DNA from: a virus
Lineage: Duplodnaviria; Caudoviricetes
Length of the DNA: 64,000 nt
Virus record (IMG/VR): IMGVR_UViG_2811995040_000001
Location: 1 to 64,000 of that record
Direction: 5' to 3' (one strand)
Position 1 is the first letter of the stretch; every line of letters starts with the position of its first letter. Of the stretch, positions 1-10,265 are shown piece after piece. Below the pieces are notes generated by a model. It was not told the DNA's origin and ran no database searches. It saw only the letters and a program-made list of their open reading frames with translations. Both the position numbers and the translations under genes were made by a program.

Positions 1-138
1 TTACACCATTTCTTGATATAAGGATAGAATTAGTGTCACAAAGCCTACATAAATATCCTTTACGTTTAGGATATATTTATATTCCAGAACAATAATGATA
101 TATAAAAACATTAAACACCTAATCATTCTACTCAGCTT

Positions 139-155
139 CGTTTAAAGAGTGTTAA
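139..155 (+). promoter_or_regulatory. PhoP-box-like direct repeat upstream of pagD
   Basis: cGTTTA-aagag-tGTTAA resembles (T/G)GTTTA-N5-(T/G)GTTTA; pagD is a known PhoP-activated gene. Confidence 0.45.
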
Positions 156-255
156 TAATGCAAGTGATTAACTCATCGTTTAATAAATAATGAAAATTAT
201 GACCTATAATTCAGGCACCACAGTATATAAATCATTGCATATGACAGGAGGTGTT

Positions 256-522
256 ATGAAACATCATGTTTTTATGCTTTGCTCATTAATTATTTTTTCA
301 TTTCCCACGCTGACCAACGCATACTATGCTCGTAGTGTACAACAGGCATCATGGGAGATTTTTATCTACGACTTTGGCAGTAAAACCCCGCCGCCACCAC
401 CGGCAACCGCCGGGAAAAAACACGCAAAGAAGATCAATTTGCCGCCCTGCTCTGCGATGCCGCCCAAGGCAACATGTCCAGTAAACGAGACGAAAAAAAA
501 TACTACGTTCTCCAGAACGTAA
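256..522 (+). CDS. pagD: PhoP-activated protein PagD
   Basis: MKHHVFML...QQASWEIFIYDFGSKTP...NTTFSRT resembles PagD; GGAGG RBS before ATG 256; synteny with cspH-envE-msgA. Confidence 0.85.
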   Translation: MKHHVFMLCSLIIFSFPTLTNAYYARSVQQASWEIFIYDFGSKTPPPPPATAGKKHAKKINLPPCSAMPPKATCPVNETKKNTTFSRT

Positions 523-734
523 TGCTTTTCCTCGGGAAAGGGAAATAGCTCTTATCTGCCCATTTTTGATAGAAATTTTCTTCACGCATCGCTTATGTTG
601 TGGCTACATTATTGATGAGAGGGAGCCTGGTAGAACATTCTGATTCTGTGAAAATTCACCTTACCATGAAATATCAGTGGTATTATTTTCCCTGGCGTGT
701 ATAGTGCATCTCGTTATCACTTTAAGGAATTTGT

Positions 735-947
735 TTGTCTCGTAAAATGACAGGAATTGTCAAAACTTTTGATTGTAATAGTGGGAAAGGTCTCATCACT
801 CCCTCCGATGGACGTAAAGATGTCCAGCTCCACATTTCAGCATGTAGCCAGCAAGAAGCAAAAGCGCTTATACCCGGTATACGCGTTGAGTTTTGCCGTA
901 TCAATGGCCTGCGTGGGCCCACTGCAGCCAACGTTTATCTTTCATAA
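735..947 (+). CDS. cspH: Cold-shock-like protein CspH
   Basis: [13 protein letters not shown]...[17 protein letters not shown]...[10 protein letters not shown], CspF/CspH type; TTG start. Confidence 0.92.
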   Translation: MSRKMTGIVKTFDCNSGKGLITPSDGRKDVQLHISACSQQEAKALIPGIRVEFCRINGLRGPTAANVYLS

Positions 948-1378
948 TTCGTCATTCTGCTTTTGCAAAAATAATGAAGCGCCAGAACAAGCTGTCTGGT
1001 CGCTCAGTACATTTTCTCTCGACTCCCCCCACGATCATCCTGTGCGCTGAAACCAACCCGACGTCGGTAGCGCGTACGAACACTTAAGAAATATAGCGTT
1101 AATACGATTTCATTTTTAAAGAATTTATTTAAAAAGATAATTCGAGCTAATGTTTACAACAGTATGATTGTTCGTAAATTTTAATAATAGAAAGGCACTT
1201 ATCGTATCCAGACTGACGATGCGTGCCCCTGGCTTCCCTTAAAATCGATATTATAGGTGTAAGCCACAAACCTCACATGTACAGATTATTAGCCTAAAAA
1301 AATGGTCTTTTTTTGACAGACAAACAAAAAGAATATCAGGCATCTTATGCTTTTCCATGTCATTTGATGGACGACACC

Positions 1379-4060
1379 ATGTTCGATATAAATAGCGCAC
1401 ACGCCTCAATCAGAAGCATAAATATCCCCCCCCAGCCCTCATCAACGCGCTCTCCTGAAGAAAGTGTATGGGGAAAAATTCATCTTTTTTTCCCGCCTGA
1501 GAATCAGAGTGCTGCGCAGCGTTGTCTCGCTGAAATTTGTCAGCCGACAGAAGACATATCGCCAGAACATGTCGGCAGCAAATTTGAGTATCTGAAAGGC
1601 CTGGCTTTTCCGGCACAGATGGAAAATATCCAGCGCAATAGAGAGGGCTTAAATCAATTTTGTATCCTGGATGCAGACAGTAAGGAAGCGTTAGTTGTTA
1701 CGATTGAGCCTGAACATTATCTTATTGAATGGGAAGGCGTCACGATAATGTATGGCTACGATCAAGAGCGCCTGTATGGTGCCCACGCTATGTCCGGCGC
1801 AACGTCGTTAGCGCAACCAGAAGCGTATGACACCATCTGGTCTGAATGGCAGGCTAACGCTCCCCCTGAAGAAGCGCGAAACTGCAGTCAAGCGGTAGAA
1901 CGGATGCGAGATTGCCTGGCGACATCAAAGGCCGTACTGGATTTGAGTGGTCTGCAACTCACCACCTTACCGGCACTGCTTCCGGAACATATTACGGTGC
2001 TGACCGTTATCAATAACTGCCTGACCCGATTGCCAGAAACTTTGCCAGGTGAATTACAGCAACTAAACGCTTCCCAAAATCACCTGACAGCCCTCCCGAC
2101 AACGTTACCTGCGAGGTTACAACGGCTGGATGTTTCCCATAATAGGTTGACTGTCATCATTACACTACCAGAGGGTATAGATGATCTGAATGTCTCCCAT
2201 AATCACCTGTCTCAACTACCATCATCACTTCCTCCAGGGCTACGCCAACTGGATGCCTCAACGAATCAACTGACATTACTATGGGATACTCTCCCACCGA
2301 CGCTGGAATGGCTGGATATTAGCAATAACAAGCTAACCTACCTGCCAGAGGCGATGCTGGCGAATTTCGGCGCAGTCGTCGCAGAAAACAACCCCTTCAC
2401 CGAACAGGCGATACAACAGTTACAGAGGCTGACATCCACGCCTGATTACCGTGGGCCTCAACTCTATTTCTCAATGAGTGAACCTGCGGCATCCCATAGC
2501 GCGGCCCATACATGTGAACCACGACAACATGCAGAAGAATATGAAGCCGATTGGTCTGAATGGATAACCAGCGCTCCGCCTGAAGAGGGTGGAAATCGTC
2601 GTATCGCAGTAGAGAGGATGCGCCAGTACCTGGAAAATGGCGCCTTCAATCTTGATTTGAGTCACTTAGGCCTTACCACCTTACCTGACTATCTCCCTGA
2701 AAATGTTGACTTCCTGGTAATCAGTAGAAATCAATTAAGCAGGTTGCCGGAAACGCTACCGAAAAATTTACGACAGTTATATGTTTCTTATAATCAGCTG
2801 ACGACCCTGCCGGAAAGATTGCCCGAGAGTCTACGAGTCCTGAATGCCTCTAATAATCAACTGGCCCGGCTACCAGAAAGGTTGCCCGAGAGTTTACGTA
2901 TACTGGATGCCTCTAACAATCACGTGGTCCGGCTACCAGAAAACCTCCCACTCAGGCTGCTGTTGCTAAAGATTAAACAGAATCGGCTAACCCATCTGCC
3001 CCCCTCTTTCCTTCGTCTTCCTGGGACACTGAGAGTAGAGGTACAAGGGAACCCACTGCCAGAACGAGTGATACAATATTTACAGCGAATAACATCAGCC
3101 GATGGTTATCAAGGCCCACAGATAGAATTTTCAATGGCCGCCTTCTCTACCCACGGAGAAACCAGGCCACTTTCCCTGGCGGTGGCAGACTGGTTAATAC
3201 TGACCCAGCCGAGTGAGCTTGAGCGATGGGCAACGTTTGCAGAAGAAGTGAATGCAATGGCCTTTAGCGGTTTTTTGGATCGACTGGGCCGTACAGAGAA
3301 TACTAAAAATAATCCCCCGTTTAAGAAGCAAGTGTCTACCTTGCTGGAACGCGTGGCGCAAGATGAGGAACTCCGGGAAAAAATTTTTACCGTTGCGATG
3401 GATGCGACAGAAAGTTGTGAAGATCGGGTAACGCTTGCGTATCACACGATGCAAAGTGTAGTACTGGTGCATGATGCCGAAAAAGGCGCATTCGATAATT
3501 CTTTAGCAGAACTGGTGAGAACAGGCCGGGAAATGTTCCGTCTTGAGCAACTGGAGCTCATTGCGCAGGACAAAGTAAAAAAACTTCCCCTTGTTGATGA
3601 AATTGAAGTCCACCTGGGCTTTCAGAACAGTCTTAGAGAGACGCTTCAATTAGAGACAACAACACCTAAAATGCGCTTTTTTGGCGTCTCTGGCATCACT
3701 GAATCAGATATTAAAGAAGCGGAAATACGGGTTAAAACGGCTGAAAATAGTCGGTTCCGGGAATGGTTTGCTCTGTGGAACCCATGGCATAAGGTACTGG
3801 CCCGTATAGCTCCTGAAGCGTGGAATGAAACTATCGTTGAAAAATGTCGCATTATGGATACAGGAGAGTTCGCGACACGTGTCAGCGACGAATTAAAATC
3901 TCTGAATATAAGCGACGATATTGAAGCCGAAACAGCAGCTGGCAGCAGAATTATGCAAGACATTGATCACCTGTTGTTTACAACCACAACGGATAATGTG
4001 CTGGTTAACAAAGGCCAGGAGCATCTGTTGAAGGCGAAATGGAACAACACAGAAATGTAA
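1379..4060 (+). CDS. SlrP/SspH/IpaH-family LRR-NEL E3 ubiquitin ligase T3SS effector with two LRR domains
   Basis: SlrP-like N-terminus (VWGKIHLFF...LAFPA), LPX repeats, NEL domain with catalytic CEDR (ATESCEDRV); likely start ATG 1379 (ORF open from 1313). Confidence 0.9.
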   Translation: MFDINSAHASIRSINIPPQPSSTRSPEESVWGKIHLFFPPENQSAAQRCLAEICQPTEDISPEHVGSKFEYLKGLAFPAQMENIQRNREGLNQFCILDADSKEALVVTIEPEHYLIEWEGVTIMYGYDQERLYGAHAMSGATSLAQPEAYDTIWSEWQANAPPEEARNCSQAVERMRDCLATSKAVLDLSGLQLTTLPALLPEHITVLTVINNCLTRLPETLPGELQQLNASQNHLTALPTTLPARLQRLDVSHNRLTVIITLPEGIDDLNVSHNHLSQLPSSLPPGLRQLDASTNQLTLLWDTLPPTLEWLDISNNKLTYLPEAMLANFGAVVAENNPFTEQAIQQLQRLTSTPDYRGPQLYFSMSEPAASHSAAHTCEPRQHAEEYEADWSEWITSAPPEEGGNRRIAVERMRQYLENGAFNLDLSHLGLTTLPDYLPENVDFLVISRNQLSRLPETLPKNLRQLYVSYNQLTTLPERLPESLRVLNASNNQLARLPERLPESLRILDASNNHVVRLPENLPLRLLLLKIKQNRLTHLPPSFLRLPGTLRVEVQGNPLPERVIQYLQRITSADGYQGPQIEFSMAAFSTHGETRPLSLAVADWLILTQPSELERWATFAEEVNAMAFSGFLDRLGRTENTKNNPPFKKQVSTLLERVAQDEELREKIFTVAMDATESCEDRVTLAYHTMQSVVLVHDAEKGAFDNSLAELVRTGREMFRLEQLELIAQDKVKKLPLVDEIEVHLGFQNSLRETLQLETTTPKMRFFGVSGITESDIKEAEIRVKTAENSRFREWFALWNPWHKVLARIAPEAWNETIVEKCRIMDTGEFATRVSDELKSLNISDDIEAETAAGSRIMQDIDHLLFTTTTDNVLVNKGQEHLLKAKWNNTEM

Positions 4061-4577
4061 CGCAACGGTATACCCGGACAACCCGCGCTATTCTTTGCCA
4101 TGTCAGCACTGTTTTAACATCGATTATCACCGCAGCTATGGGAATACTGGCCCGTGATTCAGCGTTGGCCCTCTTCACGGCCTGTCGCCGTTGGCTATTT
4201 TTACTGTCATATTAATATCACTACTGATAGTGCTCACAAATATCATTAGCCTTCTAACCTGGTAATATATTTTATTAGTCACTCGCTGATTTTTCTTTTA
4301 CCGAATGTCAGGGGCATCAAATCCCGTCTTTCTGTTTAACACCGAGAAATGTACAACCGTTTTCCGCTGTGATAGCATTCCACACTGAAAAGTATCTGAT
4401 GTTATATACTCATCATTAATTTGCGTCGTTTGTGGATTGACTGCATGCGTTTGCCTGTATTATTTCTGTAAAACTATCGGAATTTTCTTCATTACAGCTC
4501 CGACGCATCCCAAAAGCGGACGGATATAGATTACTCAATAAACTTATAATGCTATTTATTTTTAGGGTAATAATTGA

Positions 4578-5099
4578 ATGACTTTACTTCCAGGAAAAAC
4601 CGCGCTGGTTCTTTGCCTCTCCTCTATTTTATGTGGATGTACCACTAACGGTTTACCCGCGCCTTATAGTATTAATTTATCGTTCCCTGTCATTACGCAA
4701 AACCAGATTAATTCCGGTGGTTATTATATTAAGAATGCTGAACAGATTCGGACTACCGATGGCCTGTGTCTTGATGCTGGCTCAGGGCAACAGAGTCATT
4801 TGACGCTTCAGGAGTGTAAATCTGTGCCCTCTCAGCTTTTCTCATTTCACCGGGACAGGATAACACACCGTGAGAAATGTCTGGATGCCGCCGGCCAGGG
4901 TACAAAAGAAGGCACGCCGATCATTCTGTATTCATGCACCGGTAATGATAATCAGAGCTGGCTTGCTGATGATAACCACATTAAAGGGAAGCAAAGCCGA
5001 AAATGCCTGGGCACAACGAGCATTATTGTCAGAAAAGGCGACCCTGTGGTGTTAACCGATTGTGATTTCAGCCGCGCGCTGGAATTTACCCTACCGTAG
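4578..5099 (+). CDS. envE: Lipoprotein EnvE (ricin-B lectin-like)
   Basis: Lipobox ILCG-C, CLDA and QxW/F ricin motifs, synteny with msgA. Confidence 0.9.
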   Translation: MTLLPGKTALVLCLSSILCGCTTNGLPAPYSINLSFPVITQNQINSGGYYIKNAEQIRTTDGLCLDAGSGQQSHLTLQECKSVPSQLFSFHRDRITHREKCLDAAGQGTKEGTPIILYSCTGNDNQSWLADDNHIKGKQSRKCLGTTSIIVRKGDPVVLTDCDFSRALEFTLP

Positions 5100-5240
5100 T
5101 TGGCAGCGACCGGGCGCCTGCAGGCGATCATGCCGCTACACGCACGACACTGCAGCAGCTTAGCGGCTTTTCCGCTCATGTTGTATGCTTTTAACATTCC
5201 CCGCCGTCATGATAAAAGAGATCAAAACGGCGACTAACTC

Positions 5241-5286
5241 TTGACACTGGTTATTTAGACAGTTTAAATACTGTTTATTCAACCAG
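5241..5286 (+). promoter_or_regulatory. msgA promoter with two LexA (SOS) boxes
   Basis: TTGACA at 5241; CTG-N10-CAG at 5247-5262 and 5271-5286 upstream of a DinI-family gene. Confidence 0.7.
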
Positions 5287-5302
5287 TAAAAAGGAAAGTG
5301 TG

Positions 5303-5542
5303 ATGTTCGTTGAACTCGTTTATGACAAGCGAAATGTTGAAGGCCTGCCAGGCGCACGCGAAATCATCCTCAATGAACTCACAAAACGCGTACACCAACT
5401 TTTTCCCGATGCGCAAGTGAAAGTTAAGCCAATGCAGGCGAACGCATTAAACAGTGACTGTACAAAAACCGAGAAAGAACGGCTGCACCGTATGCTGGAA
5501 GAGATGTTTGACGAGGCTGATATGTGGCTGGTCGCCGAATAA
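5303..5542 (+). CDS. msgA: MsgA, DinI-family protein
   Basis: MFVELVYDKRNVEGLPGAREIILNELTKRVH...ADMWLVAE. Confidence 0.92.
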   Translation: MFVELVYDKRNVEGLPGAREIILNELTKRVHQLFPDAQVKVKPMQANALNSDCTKTEKERLHRMLEEMFDEADMWLVAE

Positions 5543-5626
5543 CGTCCCCTCCTGCGAAGCGACATGTCCGATAAAAAACAGCGCCCTGAGGCGCTGTCTG
5601 TGACGATATAATGCAAACGCCACCAC

Positions 5627-8600
5627 TCAGAACATGTAGCGGAAGTTGGCGTTTATGGCATGGTCAACATTATATTTGCCAAATGCCGACTGCTCCAGCT
5701 CCAGTCCAAAGCGCACATTGTCCTTCACCTGCGCATTCAGCCCCACGTTGTACAGCATTCTGCTGTCTTTTTCACCAGTGAAACGTTTCTCGCCGGAGGC
5801 ATCGCGTAGCGCCGTCTCGCCATTGGCCACCAGGTCAAACTGGTAATCCACACCTGTACGGGCCGTAACGCTCCAGTCCTTGCCACTGAACGTTTTGCCC
5901 AATGCCACGCCTGTACGCCCTATCAACGGATTATACGTTTTGCTGCGCATCGACACATCCATACCATTATCATTCCATTTCAGCGTTGTTCCGGAGACGG
6001 TTCCATATACCAGTTCCGCCTGCGGCTCAATATACAGGCTTTCTGTCAGACGGTAACGGTATCCGCCTTCCAGGCCAGCATACCATGAGTGTGTACCGTA
6101 ATTCCGTTTGCCCAGACCAGCAAAACCGGCGTTATAGTCATTATCATGATGAATATACTTGCCGATAACATCCATATATATCCCCGAATCAAACATCACG
6201 GATGCGTACATCCCACCCCCGAGCGAATGCGTGTCGCCGCTGTAGGCCCGTCCACTGGCGCTGCTGTCGGTATAACTCATCAACACACCAGTGAACAAGT
6301 CAGCACCTGACAACCGGTGTTTTTTATCAAACCCCGTTTGCAGATGGGTGTAACGATCAGAATATCCGGCGTCACCGGTTCCGGCGCCGTTCATGATACG
6401 TACCCACATTCCGTCCTCGCCCTGAGTATCACGCAGATCCCCCATACGCTTGTTCAGGTTGTTGACTTCGGTCATGAAGTTTTTATATCCCATGCCCATA
6501 AAGCTGTTGGCCGAGGTGGCTGACCCCTTGTCCGGCGCGAACTTAAAGCCATCCAGTACCCACTGTATTTTGCCATCCTGTTCTGTCGTGTGCAGAGTCG
6601 GCGTCACCAGACTAAACCCGGTCACCCGCTCGGCGGCCTTAAACATCGCCGGATTTGTCCCCGCCGGGGCGCTGACCAGTGGAATATTCAGAGGCTCCTG
6701 CCCGGATGGTTTTTTCAGGAAATTCACAAACAGGGTGTTATCCCGGCCCTCTGCTTTCTGGTTCACCACAATTTTGTCGCTGTCCTTCAGGTCCGTTCTG
6801 AGCGCAAAAGCGGACTGGTTGGCCTGTAACGTATTCGTAGTCAGGGAATTAAATCCGCGACCGGTAAAGCCGGCCAGCGACCGTATCATACGCAGTGCGC
6901 CGGTATGAGAATCACCGGGCATTTGCCACTGCGTATCCGTCATTGTCATTCGCCCTTGCGGGACGCTGACATTACCCGAATAAACGTTTCGAAAGCCATT
7001 GAACAGACTGTACATCATCTGTTCCCCCAGGGGCAGGTTATCTGCCAGGGCAACACCGTCCTCACCACCAATAGAGATCCCTGTATCCCCCTTTGCCCGA
7101 ATATCACCCGTTACAAAAGTGTAGGGAGAGAAGTGTAACTGGCTGCCGGTATCCAGTTGATAACCTGCGCCATAATCGGTGGAATAAAACGCCGGACTCA
7201 CCTGCCCCGGCTGGCCGGTTACAGACGTGCCGGCCAGACTCAACGTAGCGGCTGGTCCGACAATGACGTCTGAATCACTCCACCACCCACCGGTAGCGGT
7301 CAATCGGGCTCCCTCCTGAAGAGCCAGTGACGTGTTGCCGAACCGGCTGTAACCATCCAGTGTCGCATGGCGGGAGGACACCGTGACAGCGCTATCCTGA
7401 CTTTGGATGCTGCCGGTGAAAATTTCACGTACGTCCAGAGTTGATTGTTCGCCAAGCGTCACTTTCCCGGCATAGCGGCTCATGTCCGTGTCTTGCCCGG
7501 CAACTGAGGTTCCCTTTTGTGGCGTTACTTTTGTGCCATTCCCGTCATTCAGATCGATATACACATTCGGCGTACCCAACGTCACGGACGAATGCACTGC
7601 CTCAATATCTCCGTTCAGCGACGCGTTTCTGGCCAGGCCGAAATCGGTATTTTTCAGCAACAGCGTTTTCAGACGAAATGTCCGGCCCTCCCAGTCAGGC
7701 TGGTCAAAAGAGGTGGGTTGAGTCCTGACCGAATCGTCACCAAGAGATTTAAGCTTATCTGCCACTCCTTTATTATTATAGGCGTGGATAACCGGATGAC
7801 CCTGGAACGTCAGCTGGCCCCCAGACTGCATTAACCCGCCCTCAGGCGTATCTATATTGCCATCAAAAATAACGCCGCCGCTACTGCGAGAGGTATCAAT
7901 ATTAAGATCAATATTGCCAGCAAGATTACCATGATACATCCGATCATCGACGGGCCGCCGCGATTTTACCTGTTCAATGGCCTGCGTCTCATTGTGCCCG
8001 ACATACTCCCAACTGTCGTTATCTGACTGATTGACAGGATAAAATCCATATCCTTTCCTCTTCTGGATAAAATAATCCACTGTATGGGCGTAAGGATTAT
8101 TATATTTATACAATAACCCGGCAGCACCGCCGGAAGCTTTATTTTTATCCCAGTCATTAATCGTCACCGTCATGTCCGTGATGGGCTTAATTGAAACGGT
8201 GGCAAAGGTATCGCTGGCATTAATGATATTCGCACCATTATCCGCGGCGTTAAGTTTATGAAAAGTGACATCATTGCCGTTTATATCAAGCCGGCCTCCC
8301 CTGAACCCCCAGCTAATGTTATCGGGATTAACCTGCCGGCTGTCGGTAAGAACCACCGTGGGTCGGCCACTGGCGATATTCACCGAACTGAAGGCCTGTG
8401 CCTTGCCGTCCTCATCCGGACGCTGAGCCAGAATAACCGTCCCATCCCCGACCTTCAGCCCGCCCGGGTTAATACCGGTACCATTGACCTTCAGCACTCC
8501 CTCGCCAATCTTATGCAGGTTGTCGCCCTGAACCCCGTTCACCTGCCATATCACCTCCGCATCCCGGGAAATATCCAGACCTGCGCCCTGCCAGGTAGAG

Positions 8601-9781
8601 CCGTTATTAGTGGATACTGTATAATTGCCGTTAAACGTCAGCGCCCCCGCCCCCTGGTTAACCGAGTCTTCCAGGACAATCTGGCCATCAGCACCATTAA
8701 ATACCAGATTCTTACCCGCATTCAGGTCTGCGTCTTTCTGACCATGCATCTGATAAACAGTTTCTTGCTGGGTAAGAGTCCCCGTGCCGTCTGTCGAGTC
8801 AAATGCCCAGCGTAAGGCCCCCTGCCCGGCCACAAAGGTTACTGGCGCATCGGTATCTTCCTGAATGGACTGGTTTACAAAATCCGCATCAACCACCGTC
8901 CAGTTAGTTCCTCCGCCACCGCCGGAGCTATCCACGCCAACAATGACCCACTGTTGTAAAACAGAATCATAGGCAAATAAAGGTGAACCGCTATCACCAC
9001 TGCGGGGATGGGTTCCCATTGGACCCTGCGCCAGGTTATACAACTGTTTATTGGTATTGGCACTGATCATCTGGCCCTGAGCATAGGACCCCAGTGAACC
9101 CGCCGTTCCTCCGGTCAGGTAATTGTATGCGCCGGAAAGGGAGATGATTTGCCCGTCTGTCTGTTTAATTTCCTGGGTCCCGGACCCTATCCGGTAGAAT
9201 GTGGGATAGCGATTTTTATCACTATAAGCGCCAGACACCATCCCTGACTGCGTCATCAAAGAAGGTTCAACTTCTGTAACTAACTTATTTAAACGTGGGG
9301 CATGAAAATCTCGTCCCGGCTGATTATTTCTGTCAACAAGACGATATTTATTTTCGCCATCACCAAAACTGACGCTTTGATAACCGCCATTATGTTTTAC
9401 GCTTACGATATACTGTGGTGAAACAAGAGTAGCAACCGCGGACTGATGATTGGCACTGCTGAAATCAGGCATTGGCGCTTTATTCAAATAGCCAATAATC
9501 GCGTCTGTTTTGTTGTAAATGGGAATATTCAAACTGCCCGGCGTGAATTGCCCTTTATTCTCAGAAAAATCTCTTATCGTCTGGTAAGGGAGATCATACC
9601 TGACTACTGAGGCCAACGATGAGACCGAATACCCTAACAGAATGGTATTAATGAGCAGCGACGGAATAATTTTTTTTATCAAACTTGTGCGAGATGATTT
9701 TTTTACGTGGGTTGCCAGTTCGGAAACAGGCACAAGCGCGCCTTGCCTGACGCTATACTTCAGAGCGTATATTTTATTCAT
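5627..9781 (-). CDS. SPATE serine protease autotransporter (Pic/Tsh-like; possibly the S. bongori Boa type)
   Basis: Extended signal peptide MNKIYALKY, GDSGSP active-site motif, EVNNLNKRMGDLRD autocleavage site, beta-barrel ending YMF. Confidence 0.95.
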   Translation of the reverse strand: MNKIYALKYSVRQGALVPVSELATHVKKSSRTSLIKKIIPSLLINTILLGYSVSSLASVVRYDLPYQTIRDFSENKGQFTPGSLNIPIYNKTDAIIGYLNKAPMPDFSSANHQSAVATLVSPQYIVSVKHNGGYQSVSFGDGENKYRLVDRNNQPGRDFHAPRLNKLVTEVEPSLMTQSGMVSGAYSDKNRYPTFYRIGSGTQEIKQTDGQIISLSGAYNYLTGGTAGSLGSYAQGQMISANTNKQLYNLAQGPMGTHPRSGDSGSPLFAYDSVLQQWVIVGVDSSGGGGGTNWTVVDADFVNQSIQEDTDAPVTFVAGQGALRWAFDSTDGTGTLTQQETVYQMHGQKDADLNAGKNLVFNGADGQIVLEDSVNQGAGALTFNGNYTVSTNNGSTWQGAGLDISRDAEVIWQVNGVQGDNLHKIGEGVLKVNGTGINPGGLKVGDGTVILAQRPDEDGKAQAFSSVNIASGRPTVVLTDSRQVNPDNISWGFRGGRLDINGNDVTFHKLNAADNGANIINASDTFATVSIKPITDMTVTINDWDKNKASGGAAGLLYKYNNPYAHTVDYFIQKRKGYGFYPVNQSDNDSWEYVGHNETQAIEQVKSRRPVDDRMYHGNLAGNIDLNIDTSRSSGGVIFDGNIDTPEGGLMQSGGQLTFQGHPVIHAYNNKGVADKLKSLGDDSVRTQPTSFDQPDWEGRTFRLKTLLLKNTDFGLARNASLNGDIEAVHSSVTLGTPNVYIDLNDGNGTKVTPQKGTSVAGQDTDMSRYAGKVTLGEQSTLDVREIFTGSIQSQDSAVTVSSRHATLDGYSRFGNTSLALQEGARLTATGGWWSDSDVIVGPAATLSLAGTSVTGQPGQVSPAFYSTDYGAGYQLDTGSQLHFSPYTFVTGDIRAKGDTGISIGGEDGVALADNLPLGEQMMYSLFNGFRNVYSGNVSVPQGRMTMTDTQWQMPGDSHTGALRMIRSLAGFTGRGFNSLTTNTLQANQSAFALRTDLKDSDKIVVNQKAEGRDNTLFVNFLKKPSGQEPLNIPLVSAPAGTNPAMFKAAERVTGFSLVTPTLHTTEQDGKIQWVLDGFKFAPDKGSATSANSFMGMGYKNFMTEVNNLNKRMGDLRDTQGEDGMWVRIMNGAGTGDAGYSDRYTHLQTGFDKKHRLSGADLFTGVLMSYTDSSASGRAYSGDTHSLGGGMYASVMFDSGIYMDVIGKYIHHDNDYNAGFAGLGKRNYGTHSWYAGLEGGYRYRLTESLYIEPQAELVYGTVSGTTLKWNDNGMDVSMRSKTYNPLIGRTGVALGKTFSGKDWSVTARTGVDYQFDLVANGETALRDASGEKRFTGEKDSRMLYNVGLNAQVKDNVRFGLELEQSAFGKYNVDHAINANFRYMF

Positions 9782-10265
9782 GGATAATCCCTGTGTATTT
9801 TATTATATAAATACGTGTTGGATGTCAGTCCTGACATTGAAAAACGTACCAGCTATAAAAAGGGTTGGCAATAAAATATTATGAATGAAAAATATTTTAT
9901 TACATTCGTAAGTTTTTACTTTCGAAGCTATATCAGGCACTACCAAAAATGGTAGCGAAATAGAATTTGCAATAAACCACCAAATCTACCCCAGAACTCT
10001 GGATAAAAAGAACTAATAAAAGCAAATTATCATCATACTATTTCACCCAAAACCACCACACCCCGGAGATAATACAAACTGCGTGTTCTGGCGCCTGGGC
10101 ATATATTATACGTCACGACAATAACAACCCGACACGTTCTGTTGTGGGTATGCTATCCAGGCGAAGACAGGCTATCTCCCATGGACATAATATTAAAGAA
10201 AACGGCAATCAGCGATGTTAGCCTCCGGTTTACATTAAACCCATTAAACATCAGCAGGAGCCACT

